64,000 bases of DNA from Podarcis cretensis (lineage: Eukaryota): positions 71,610,001-71,674,000 of the forward strand of contig OX638152.1 of NCBI GenBank assembly GCA_951804945.1. The letters run 5' to 3'. The number at the start of each line of letters is the position of its first letter. Within the stretch, counting starts at the first letter, position 1. The notes under the pieces are model-generated. The model was given only the letters and a program-made list of their open reading frames with translations, had not been told where the DNA came from and ran no database searches. The translations under genes were made by a program, and so were the position numbers. Below are positions 52,221 to 64,000 of this stretch, piece after piece.

Positions 52221-55200
52221 ACAACCTTTAAATATTACATATATACCACAGGACAAACGCATAGAAAAGTTGTTCTTACTATTTTGCCATGATGTGAAGG
52301 ATATCAGAGGGTATTTCATATCATAAGAGGAGGTGAGGCCTGGTGACTTAGCAGTGAGTGACCAATCTTGGGTATTCCACTTCAAGTAAAGCCCAGGGAA
52401 AGACATCATAAGATAGCTTATGATTCAGGGGCCAGAAGACATGCAAACAAATACCATTTTTTCAATTAAAAAAAAAAATGCAGACTCTAGTGCCAGGACA
52501 CAAAGAGCAAAGAGACTGCAGCAGATCTGAGTAAGGTCCAGACCAGACTATTTGGCAGTGACTCCACTGTTTTCTGAGAGGAAATTGGATGCTTCATGTG
52601 CCAGCTATGCCACTCCTCTTTTGATGCCTGGCCACTGTTGATGCAACATCTCATCCAGGTGAGCTCCCAGCAACCTGTATGGGACAGCTCTCTTGTTCTT
52701 GAAGACTCCTGGTCCCTGATAGCTTAGACTGCTCCCCAACATAGCTAGTGAGAGGAAGAGCTAAGCCACACAACTCTAGTGGCTGGAAGAGGACACTATG
52801 CAGGTCTGAAACCCTGGTAGTGCACCATGGCTTATTCTATTACATGACTGTAATATGTTCCTTGTTGTGTTAGTAGACTTATGAAGCAGAGGATCTTGCC
52901 TCAGTCAAAGGCCGAACTGGGGGTGGGGGGTGGGATGCTGCAGCAGCTGCCACAACTATGACATCCAATGGAAGGCGAGAGCGGGGGCGGGCACCAGATT
53001 TTGGCATTGCACAAGGCACTACTGAAATTTGAGACACCAAGGTCCGCCACTGCCTCAGTGCAGGTTATGCTCCAAGCCCCAACTCTACAATTTAATGGCA
53101 TTAGCATAAAACAGCATTGAGAAGGGATTAAAGTTACATGATTCAAGTGTCATATCTCAAGACATTTTCCACTCAGTTGCCTTCATCTTTGTTTATCATG
53201 CATGCAGCATGATAGCTAAATTTCTGTAAAACATAAACTGAAAGTATGTTAATCTCCTCTATAGAATGAAATAATTTGCATTTAAAGCTATTTGCCAATA
53301 AATTAGAACCTATGGTAATCAATTGTTGTGTGTGTGTGTGTGTGTGTGTGTGTTTTAAAAAGCCTTGACAAATACTACAAATGGTTATAATCCCTTGAGG
53401 GGGAAAGCTGTAGCTAATTTCTTAGTATGATTAGCTTCATATCAGCAAGCCAGCAGGGAAATAATTATGCGTGAAATGATAAGTAGGCATTTATATTTGC
53501 TGGAGTAAGGTTTTGTCTTTAAACAAAAATAAAAAAATAAAAAAAATTGCTTCAAGCTCTGGTATGGAGTTCAATGAAGGTGGTTCACATATTGAAACAT
53601 TTTTCATGCAATAAAAGAGCCAATTTTAAATGGGGGACTGTCGTAGACCAAGTCAGACCTTTAGCTAAGCATTGGCTTGCAGTGGCTCTCTAGGGATTAA
53701 GTCACGAGTCATTATCAGATCTGCCTGGAGAGCAGAAAGAAGATGAAGAGGAATTAGCTCAAAGCTAAACTGGGCAGCTCCATCCCTTTGTGATTGGTCA
53801 CCTCACCATAGGTAACCTCCTCAACCCTTCTCTTGGGAAATTCCTTCAAGAAAGGGTGGTGATGATGCAAAGCTGTCATTGCTAATGGTAGAACACCATT
53901 CTCAAATCTACTTAGATATATGCCAGGGATCAAACTTAGGACCATCCACATGCAAAAGCACGTGCTGTGCCCTTAAGGAATAGTTGAATTTAAGGGACTG
54001 CACTATTGAGCTCTGTTATGATGGAAAAAAGAACAGGCAATACTGTTCTTAAGGCTATCCTAAGCCTACATGTCTTCTCTTTATTTTATTAACTGAATCA
54101 TGTTCATAGCCCCATTGGCCAGCTAATGCAGATGTACAGAAAGAGACGCACACAAAAATAGTTTCATGCCAGAGACATTAGAGATTAGGTTTCATATGTC
54201 TAGTGTTCCACCAATGCGTCCCAATTCATTTCCGCATTTTCATGACCAAAATAGATTGGACAGTCTATAAGGCAGAAAGGACATTTATCACATTATGAAG
54301 TAGTAAACCAAGGGCTGCCATCTAGCGTACAATTGATAGGAAGTCACAATCAATCCCAGCTTCCACACAAGTGTATATATAACATGTGCAGAGGTTCCAT
54401 GAAATCAAAATTGGTGCTTTGCTAAGAAGTCCACCATGAAGCTTATAGATAGAGAACTATGAAATGGGCTGAAACTATGAAACCTTTTGACCACGTGGCA
54501 TTTTATCCTCCCACAACTCGATCACCCAAGATTTCAGGTCTAAATCTTACATTCTAGCCACTTCACAATGTTCATGCAACATCCAGCTGGGATATCAGCC
54601 CATTTTTATAAGTCCAGAAAAATCCAAGGTTACATTGGACTGGCCTGAGTTTATATCGTAATTTTCCACAGGAAAGATTTGTCATCAGGTCTTCCATTTT
54701 TTAATGGTTACTTCTTGATAGCTACATAAAAATGAACAGGTCTTCTCAGGGGTCCAGAGAAACCCAGCCCTCTTCCAGCTTTACGATGTGCACAATTAAA
54801 AGAGAAGGCCAAACACCACAGGAATGCAGCAATAGGAACTATGTGGCTGGGGGTTGTTGTGTAGCTTTGAAATATTCAGTGAGTTACAATTACTGGAAAT
54901 AAAGTTGAAAATCATTAGGTCCCAATATCATTATGCTACTTAATAATATGTAAAATGAATTATTTCTGCAATGGCTCAATAATTATTTCAGAGAGAGAGA
55001 AAGAGAGCATGATCTCGCTAAAGTTTCTTTAGATGTTTCAGTTCCCACTATTTCCAAGAGGAAATTAAGCACATGCACACATCTCTGTTATTGAAAGCAG
55101 TGATGAAGTGTATTTAGGCAGGCTAGATTGTGCCCACTGCTTCTACTCTCATTGTTTCATAATTTCTTGTATCCATATAAAAAGAAGTTAGAAATCAGAG

Positions 55201-55810
55201 TGGGGTTGAATTATGAATCCCTTTGTTCTGCTTTGTTATAAGGAAAAAAACACAAAACCATAATTCTTCAGCTTGGAGGAGTCTAATAATAAGATAGGAA
55301 AAAGTACCAGCCGTGTAGTAATACAAATTTAAATTATGATGCCTATGGCTATGGTGCTTTCATTTGGCAATTATAATTATTGCTCAGTTTCTTGTAGTGG
55401 CTGAGCATGGAATTGTCCTTCCAAGGTACTGTCATTCCAATTTAGTTCAAAATATGCTGATGAACTTGAAGAAACAAAAGTATATTCTTGAAAGATTAAT
55501 TTATAGGATAAATGAGTGTTGAATCTCTTTGTTCTCAGGCTTAGTACACTGTGCCAATTAAATTAATTAGTAATCCATGCTTATTATTAAAACTGTATAA
55601 CTCCTTGGAAGATTAGCAAATGTAAAATGTAAAAAAAAAAAAAAAAAAAAAAGCATACTAGTGTAGCCTTAATTCATCTGTGCTCAGGAATGAAATGAAA
55701 TAGTTAATATGATGCAGAGGAAAATAATAAACCCTATTGTATATCTCCCTTTTCCACTGCGGCAGGAAGAGTTGGATAGCCTAGAAATACCATCAGCCAG
55801 GCTCAATGGT

Positions 55811-56177
55811 GTAAAGGTAAAAGGTAAAGGACCCTTGGATGGTTAAATCTAGTCAAAGGCGACAATAGGGTTGCAGTGCTCATCTCGCTTCAGACTGAGG
55901 GAGCCGGCCTTTGTCCACAGACAGCTTTCCAGGTCATGTGGCCAGCAGGACTAAACCACTTCTGGTGCAACGGAACACCATGATGGAAAACAGAGTGCAC
56001 CGAAATGTCATTTACCTTCCCACTGCAGTCGTACCTCTCTATCTACTTGCACTGGCATGCTTTTGAACTGCTAGGTTGGCAGGAGCTGGGACAGAGCAAC
56101 GGGAGCTCACTCCATTGCGGGGATTCGAACCGCCAACCTTCTGATTGGCAAGCCCAAGAGGCTCAGTGGTTTAGACC
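55811..56177 (-). mobile_element. Sauria SINE
   Basis: (ACCTTT)n tail, GGTCATGTGGCCAGCA core, tRNA-like head GGTTCGAATCCCC. Confidence 0.9.
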
Positions 56178-57311
56178 TGGTAGGAAGTTGTATAGGTGAG
56201 GCTAGTGAGAAGACTAAAGGATCTATGTTATATCATTAAAATAAAAAAGACAGATGCTCTATCAGAGGCTATGGCAAAGTAATTTTAGATTATAGCCCCA
56301 GATGTACACTCTACTCTCTAGTTGGTTGGTTTTTGAAATAAAAGTGTAAAGAAAGATTCTTGCCAATTGGCTTCCAGAGATATATTCCAATATATAAGTG
56401 GTGGCAGGGAGGCACGTGGGCTCCACTTCAGTCAACAAAATATCTTGGGCCAATACTGGGCAGATAGCATTGTGTTATTCCATACATAAAACCTGCACAG
56501 ATAGCACTGGAATGATTATGTCCTCCCCATGGATTGTCTATTTCATCTCCATTCTTTACTTGAGTTCCCTATATGCAGTTACATCACAATGACTTTTTGT
56601 TGTTGTTGTTGCACAGAATATAGATCTCAGAATCAGTCTGGGGATGTTTTCATTCTGCACAGAAGGATCCGATTTGGATTTGTGTATGTGGAACAGTTAT
56701 TTGGGCCTGTCAAAACCTACTAATGTAGGGTGATAAGCTGGTTGAAACACTCAAACGTTACTAAGCAAACTATTGAAAATACCGTATGTTTCAGGTGGAT
56801 ACAGCATTGAATTCAAGCGACAAGTGAATGCAGATGAAACACCAGTGATAAGCACTCGAAATGCAATGTGAATGCAAGTTAAGTGATTTTCTTTCTCTTT
56901 CTTTTTTAAAGGAAATGGAATGTAATAAAGTTCTTTTCTGTCTTGCTGATCCTATTGACATCTCTTGACATTTTAAAAAAGAGGAGTGCACAAAAATCGG
57001 TATTTTTTGGCTATCAAATTTTACAAAATTGAAGAGGGCGAAAAAGTAAGATGCTTTTAGAAAGATGTTGTTTGAATAGAAGGAAGAACAAAGTCCTCTT
57101 CAGTCATTCTCAAGATGAGTTAAGTGAACACATGGGCAGCAGGAGTGAAAGTGCTAGTTCCACCCTCTATGGCTGTTAACAGTCTCCAACCATGAATTGA
57201 ATGGTTTGCCATTTCAAGCAGGGAGCCTCTTGTACCTATACAGAACTACTTGTGTTTTTGCAACCCTGGAAAAATCATAGTTCTGATACACACAGAAGTT
57301 AAAAAGGCTCC

Positions 57312-58137
57312 TGTCAGGGGTTCAGGAGCAGAGGCACAGGGAAGAGAGGAGATGGAGAGCGAAGGGGAAGAATCCGAGGGGAGCGTAGGAGAAGAGGACA
57401 GTGGACCGAGGGATTCCATGAGCCTCTCCAGCGAATCGGAATATTTACAGAAGGGGGCGCCAGTGGCCAAGGGTAGGGGGTTCCCAAGGGGAACGCCCCA
57501 GGAGCAAGGGGGCAGCAGGGACTCCCAGAGCAGTAGTTGGAAATCAGGACCAGTTTCCCCACCAGAGTAGAGTGGGGGGGAAGAGTCCCAAGGATCGGGG
57601 CCAGTGCATTCCCCACCAGGGAGAGAAGATGAGGCAGGGCTGACCACACCTCCATCGGAGAGTCAGACAACGGAGGGGAGGTCAGATCCGGCCAGTATCC
57701 CGGAAGAGGGAAGCAGTGACAGAAGTAGTGTAACGGTCAGGAGGAAGGTCACTGGGTTGGCGCGAGAGGCAAGTTCAAATGTACAGGAGCGCGGGGCAGC
57801 AGAGAATGAAGATTGGGAACCGGGTCCTAAAGCCCGCCGGAGGGAGGGGGAGGAGCTAAGCGACTCAGCGTCGGAAGAGTCCAGAAAGGGCAATGCCCCA
57901 GCGGGCAGGAGGACCCAGAGGAGGAGAGAGCAGCGTAAAAGGTGGAGCAGGGCTAGGATCTTAAACTGGTGTCATAGGGGAGGAGACTCAGACGGTACTT
58001 CGCCGGTCTAGGCTTTAAGACGTAGAGCTGCGCGCTGCGGCTTTGAAATGGAAACTGAACCTCAATAAAGACTTTTGTACATAACGACAGCCTAGCGTTG
58101 GTCCTCTGTGAGCTGGGACCTAGAGGCAGCTCTGACA
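57312..58137 (+). mobile_element. Solo LTR (Gypsy/ERV type), 826 bp, young
   Basis: TGTCAG...CTGACA termini; 5-bp TSD GCTCC (57307-57311, 58138-58142); AATAAA at 58064; CpG retained. Confidence 0.92.
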
Positions 58138-59386
58138 GCTCCTGATTCATACCATTGCCAGTAGCCACCCTCCAATGCATGATGGGTGACTGGGATGGCA
58201 ATGGGGGCAGAACTACCATTTTCTTCCCCACTGCTCTTCTTCCAACATGTGTTACTGAACTTGCACATAGAATGCCTGCAGAGTGCTTATTTAAAATTCC
58301 ATTGATCCATCATTGCCAGCAAACAATGAATAAAGCTTGTGACAAAATTAAATAGCAAAAAGTGGTTAAATTTATGAAATATAATACATTAGATCTGCAA
58401 TGCAATCAAATCAAAGGAGTTCTAGAAAGTGAGCTTATTTAATAAGGAAGGATTAAATTTCTCCCACATTTACAACCATTATCTGTGGCCGCACATAAAA
58501 GGCTTGGAAGTAAATTCTTCCTTCATAGATAAATTCTTCGAGCTCCTCTACTACAAGGTTGTGGCTTGTTGCAACCAAACAGTAACCAAGAGAAGAAAGA
58601 AGTCTTCCTTATGGATCAATCCCATGAGTGCTTCAAAAATGTCTGTAACTGTTCACATGGCATGAGAAGGGTAAAATCTAATACAAAGGCTGAATGTCAA
58701 TTTGCCTTGAATATGTCATAAACTATCTGAATTTACATATGGCGTGTAGCTAACCTTTCCAGACTTAGTATCTAACACAGGAAGTACCGACTTCATAACG
58801 CAGCAAATTGCTCTTCAACATTTCTTTGCATCAACAAATAAGGATTGTTTTTCCTCCACATTTTATTAGATAATCCTTGCAACAATAGATACTAATTTTG
58901 TCTCTTACCATAAAATGTTCATTTTGGCAATACTATATCTTCTGGAAGAAAGCAGCCCTTTACAACGTGACAGAGAAAAGTAATTTCTTTAACAATATAT
59001 TGAAGACAAAGCCTCCGAATGTAAATACTTGGTGGTAGAGGAACAGAGGGAAGAAATTACTCGATAGGTTATTTGTCTAGTTATGTTTGTAAAAATAAGT
59101 GCTAAGTCCACATTTTCTGTGGCAGTAGACTGGAGAACTGCATTGAGCTGGTGATTTCATTTTAATGGCAGGGACACTAGACTTTACAAATAAAGATTTC
59201 CTAATGTTTGGTCCAAGTCACAACACTGATACATGCAATGGGCAGGATCTACAGAGTCCGAAATGCATGCCAGATGTTTCTGCCAGTTGTTTGCTGCAGC
59301 CCCTCATCATACATTGAATCCAATGGTGTGGGGTGATTTTTTACTCCCTTTTGAATTTCTCTCCCTTCCCTTAGTCAAGTGTTTTA

Positions 59387-59454
59387 ACTCACAACAGTAT
59401 TTTAATGCATGATTGGATTACTTCTAATGTATGCATTAAAATACTGTTGTGAGT
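59387..59454. repeat. Perfect 24-bp inverted repeat with 20-nt spacer
   Basis: ACTCACAACAGTATTTTAATGCAT / ATGCATTAAAATACTGTTGTGAGT. Confidence 0.95.
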
Positions 59455-60127
59455 CGAGGCCCCGCTCCCTGCTTTGTGATGAAATAAGACACATGGACAC
59501 AAATATTTTAGGTTAATGGGCTAAAAAAGGCCACAACTTTATTGGTTACAGAATGTGAGTGGTATTGGCTTAGGTAATGGATCCGGACAGACTATACTTG
59601 ACTCCTGCCCGCTCTGCAGGGAATCACGCAAGGGTTAACAACCTGTAGGGGGAGCTTGTTGATGCAAATCAACTGGAAGCTTTCCACTAGAGTCACCGGG
59701 GGGTCGTGCCATGGCCCTAGCCACCACAGGAACCACAACTGCTGGATTCCTTTAACAGAATACCCTTCAAGAGGAAGCACATTTTCCAATGCCTAACCGC
59801 CAAACCTTACAAAGTTGTGACGATTTGCTACAAGGTAGACAAAAAACCAACCTGCCAAGTGAAAAAAAATCCTACCAGGCCCCCTCAACAGATGGCCAAC
59901 CGAGGTCCATAGCAAGGTCAGATGTTGAGCGCAAGACCTAGAGGGAGGGTGGGTGGGAGATCCGAGGAAGCTGGAGCAAACAGGAGCAGCTCGTGGGCCC
60001 ACAGCCGTGTAAATGTGGCCAAACCACGCCCCCCAGCCAGCCAGGGACATAACGCGGGCCCTGGACTCCATGACGCCAGGGGTGCAGCCACGCCCGCTAA
60101 GAGCATGGGATGTGATTCCCGCTCACA
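59445..60127 (-). mobile_element. ERV/Gypsy-type LTR, preceded by a PPT-like tract
   Basis: Minus strand AGAGGGGAGGGGT|TGTGAGCGGG...CCAATAAAGTTGTGGCC...CTCACAACA; no TSD found. Confidence 0.65.
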
Positions 60128-60388
60128 ACCCCTCCCCTCTGGGAAGAGGAGAGGCTTTTTTTATTGCAATTCCTTTTGGAGCCTAAATTTTGATTGAAAT
60201 CAACACCTGCATTTATGTACAGAGTACTATGCAAACTGGAACACTGAGTTCTGTTCTATGAAAAGCAAAATGCCGCTTTCCTATAAAGATGAATTGAGAA
60301 GCCTATGGATGTGAGGTTTAGGAAGACTGCAGTCAGTTGCTTCTTCCAGGGAGCTGTGTGCACCAACTTTGGCCCTATCTGCATTGTA

Positions 60389-60629
60389 CAGTGGTACCTC
60401 GGGTTACATACACTTCAGGTTACAGACGCTTCAGGTTACAGACACCGCTAACCCAGAAATAATACCTCGGGTTAAGAACTTTGGTTCAGGATGAGAACAG
60501 AAATTGTGCTCTGGCGGCACGGCAGCAGTGGGGGGGGCATTAGCTAAAGTGGTGCTTCAGGTTAAGAACAGTTTCAGGTTAAGAACGGACCTCCGGAATG
60601 AATTAAGTACTTAACCCGAGGTACCATTG
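60389..60629. mobile_element. Tigger/mariner-like MITE nested in an older MITE (about 60371-60934)
   Basis: TA|CAGTGGTACCTCGGGTTA...TAACCCGAGGTACCATTG|TA. Confidence 0.88.
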
Positions 60630-61355
60630 TATATCTGCACTGTATATTTAAAGCAGTATTTTGCTTCCCCCCCCCCAAAGAATCCTGGGAACTGTAATTT
60701 GTTGAGGGTGCTAAGAGTTGTTGGGAGACCCTCATTCCCTCACATTTCCCAGAGTTCTCTGGGTGGGAAGAGGGTCTGGCTGTTAAACCACTCTGAAAAC
60801 TGTAGCTCTTCGGATGGAAACAACAGTCTCCTGATAATTCTCAGCACCAAACAACAGTTCCCAGGATTCTTTGGGAGAACCCATGAGGATTTAAAGTGCC
60901 ACAAAGCTGCTTTAAATGTATAGTGGAAATGGGGTATTCAGCTCTGTGGCTTGGATCTCTGGGATTTGTAGGCAGCACACCCACCTGATACCTCCTGGTG
61001 CTTCCCACAAATCATGATCATGACCAAAGTTGTCTGCATTGCCATGAAAATAAGTTTCCCCTCCCTTTCATTTGTGCTGCCTTATTTCACACATCTGACT
61101 CAATCTTCCGTATAGGATTCCCACCTTTTTTCTGGCAAAATACAGGACAGGACGGAGCAGTTGAAGGATGTTTTTTTCTCTCCATCTGGTGCTGAAGCGA
61201 CTTCAAAGCAATCAATTACAATGTATTGCAGCCTAACAGGATGTCTCCTCTGAAATTTGCCACGCATGTGCACACATGAATTTGTAAATCTGTCTCTGCT
61301 TGGCTACCCAGAGCTTAAATGCATGAACTTTCACACACCTTTTCAAACCCATACA

Positions 61356-61598
61356 TGGTATAGTGGTTAAGAGCAGTGGACTTGTAATTTGGTGAACAGG
61401 GTTCGCTTCCCCACTCCTCCACATGCAGCTGCTGGGTGACCTTGGGCTAGTCACACTTCTCTGAAGTCTCTCAGCCTCACACACCCCTCAGAGTGTTTGT
61501 TGTGGGGGAGGAAGGGAAAGGAGAATGTTAGCCGCTTTGAGACTCCTTAAGGGTAGTAATAAAGCAGGATATCAAGTCCAAACTCTTCTTCTTCTTCT
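61356..61598 (+). mobile_element. Squam3-like tRNA/CORE SINE with (CTT)n tail
   Basis: GGTATAGTGGTTAAGAGC head, GGGTGACCTTGGGCTAGTCAC core, CTT repeats; older relatives near 11195 and 32590. Confidence 0.8.
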
Positions 61599-61934
61599 TT
61601 GGAGAGAAAGAAATATGGGACAAAACTGTATCAATACAGGACATAGCATTTTACATTGAAATACGGGACAACCCTGTATTATTCAGGACAGATGGCAGCC
61701 CTATCCTGATGGGGGCATTCCTATCAACCTTCACTGTGCCATGGCCTGGCCATATTGCACCTGGCTGGGATGGGCCTGGCACAGTATTGAGCATCCTACC
61801 TACCTCACATTACTGAAACCAATATGCAAACCAAAACACAACTATCCTTCAACATTTGCATTTCTTCAACTAAACAAAGTTTATGAGGAAGCATTTATTG
61901 GGGAATGTGTGCACAAAAGCACATGATACTCATG

Positions 61935-62607
61935 GCTATCCATGGAGGCACAGGTTAATTCTGTGTCCAGGGCGGCTGTCTACCAGCTCCACCTGGTACG
62001 CAGACTGAGACCCTACCTGCCCACAGACTGTTGCGCCAGAGTGGTGCATGCATTAGTTATCTCCCGCTTGGACTACTGCAATGCTCTCTACGTGGGGCTA
62101 CCTTTGAAGGTGACCCGGAAACTGCAATTAATCCAGAATATGGCAGCTAGACTGGTGACTGGGAGTGGCCACTGGGACCACATAACACCGGTCCTGAGAG
62201 ATCTGCATTGGCTCCCAGTATGTTTCTGAGCACAATTCAAAGTGTTGGTGCTGACCTTTAAAGCCCTAAATGGCCTTGGTCCTGTATACCAGAAGGAGTG
62301 TCTCCACCCCCATCATTCAGTCCAGACACTGAGATCCAGCACCAAGGGCATTCTGGCAGTTCCCTCATTGCGAGAAGTGAGGTTACAGGGAACCAGACAG
62401 AGGGCCTTCTCGGTAGTGGCGCCCGCCATGTGGAATGCCCTCCCTTCAGATGTGAAGGAAATAACCAGCTATCTTACCTTTAAAAGACATCTGAAGGCAG
62501 CCCTGTTTAGGGAAGTTTTTAATATTTAATGCTGTATTGTTTTTAACACTCGATTGGGATCCACCCAGAGTGGCTGGGGAAACTCAGCCAGATGGGTGGG
62601 GTATAAA

Positions 62608-62650
<43 letters not shown>
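61935..62650 (+). mobile_element. L2-clade LINE 3' fragment with (TTA)n tail
   Basis: ISRLDYCNALYVGLP...LQLIQNMAARLV...HITPVLRDLHWLPV; same family as 14891. Confidence 0.92.
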
Positions 62651-62653
<3 letters not shown>

Positions 62654-64000
62654 CCATGACATGTACGGGACCTATTTCCTTCTTTAAGGCTAGCTTTGAT
62701 TACCATGGAGGCAGGGGGTAAGAAGAGAAAGTAATATGTCTCTAAGAATCAAGGCCTATGATAAAATGAAGTTGAAGAATGGATTATTCTTACTCATTTG
62801 GTAATAATACAGTGGAAGCATTTGTGACAATGCTCGCTCAAGCAAAACTCAGTATTTAGAGTTTGAAAACAGAGTCCTTTTAGCAGCTACGTGTCTTTGT
62901 GTCAAACAAGGGGCGGGGGGGGGGAGGAAACAAATACTACCCAATAGTTTAAGGTTAACAGGGCCAGGGTAGAATGAATTCATTTTTGAAAAGAGAACTT
63001 GAGTTAACACCAATCCATAGTGGAAAGAAGAAAAACAAGCTTCTTCCTTCGAACTGTAGTTCCCTGGCATTATAGTCACACATTTATCTCAGGCAGATCA
63101 CAGAAAGACATAATAATCACCTCCCTCTCACTCTGTGATGTTTCTTCACTAGTTTACTGCATAAATCAATACTTCTACTGCAGCAATACGTACATGCAAC
63201 TGTTCAAAGGTATAGTGAGATCCTCAAATGTTTCTGGGTCACCTTTGTGTAGAGGACAATTACAACTCTCTTTCTTAACCAGCAGCGGGGCCATCATCGA
63301 TGGGACACCATGTCACCATGCTAAATGCTGGGAGGAATGAAATAAGAGTGCAGAGGAGTGGAACTAAATTTAATCTATCGAGCACAAATTTTCTTTGAAA
63401 CGTTGACGATGACCCAGATATTACCACTGTCTGAAGGCACTGAGAACTAGACCAAACTGAAAAATGGTGCTGCTTCATAAAGCCATTTACACAGGACGAT
63501 TTAATAGGTGGTACGACAATAAAAACCTCACAGATTACAGAATGATTTGTGAGTTCTCACAAGGAAGATATTATTCAAGAGTCTTCATCTGAGTACCCCA
63601 TTCCTAGAGTTATCCCATTCATTTGTGTGTATGGCTTCATATTATTCTAATTAGCATTTCTAAAAGACTTCTGCACGACCACATTTCTCTCCTGGAATTA
63701 GTGCTTGGACAAACCTTTTGTGGTCATTTATTTCAACCATTTGAGGGGCAGGGAGCAAAGCAAACATACCTTCAAAGAGAAGTGAGTGAAGTTTGGAGAA
63801 TGTTTCCCTATTTTTCAGGGGTGGGGCCTCTGCTTAGTTCATTTCGTGATATGAGATTTGTGGTGAGTCTTTATTCTCCTTAAACAGCATGAGTAGAATG
63901 TCACATTCAAGGACTGCCTCTTTCCATCTGAATCTACCCAGACCCTTCTCTCCAGGGAAGTTTGCCTGGCGCCTACATTATACATCTTTAGGTTCCAGGC

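Noticed and set aside
51820-52409. GC-rich ORFs or a host CpG-island promoter
   Set aside because: Explained by the 5'UTR of the L1-derived element

Overview
Vertebrate genomic DNA, almost certainly a squamate and probably a lacertid lizard (inferred from the Sauria SINE, Squam3-like SINE and L1/L2/CR1/hAT/Tc1-mariner repeat set). I could not support any host protein-coding exon. The window looks like a gene desert or very long intron: transposons interleaved with AT-rich, enhancer-like unique DNA, plus a 516-N gap. The main feature is a very young 4.05-kb Ty1/Copia LTR element (21229-25277, minus strand). It has two 493-bp LTRs that appear identical, a GGAAC TSD, an extended tRNA-iMet PBS and a PPT. 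It keeps Gag, zinc knuckle and protease but has no RT/RNase H, and its open integrase-like frame has lost the catalytic Glu and the HH zinc ligands. A second highlight is a young solo LTR (57312-58137) whose U3 is nearly one reading frame ending in a Rev/Rec-like arginine-rich motif. Also present are a complete short non-autonomous L1 derivative and two post-insertion duplications across LTR-host junctions. All calls are by eye; no database search was run.
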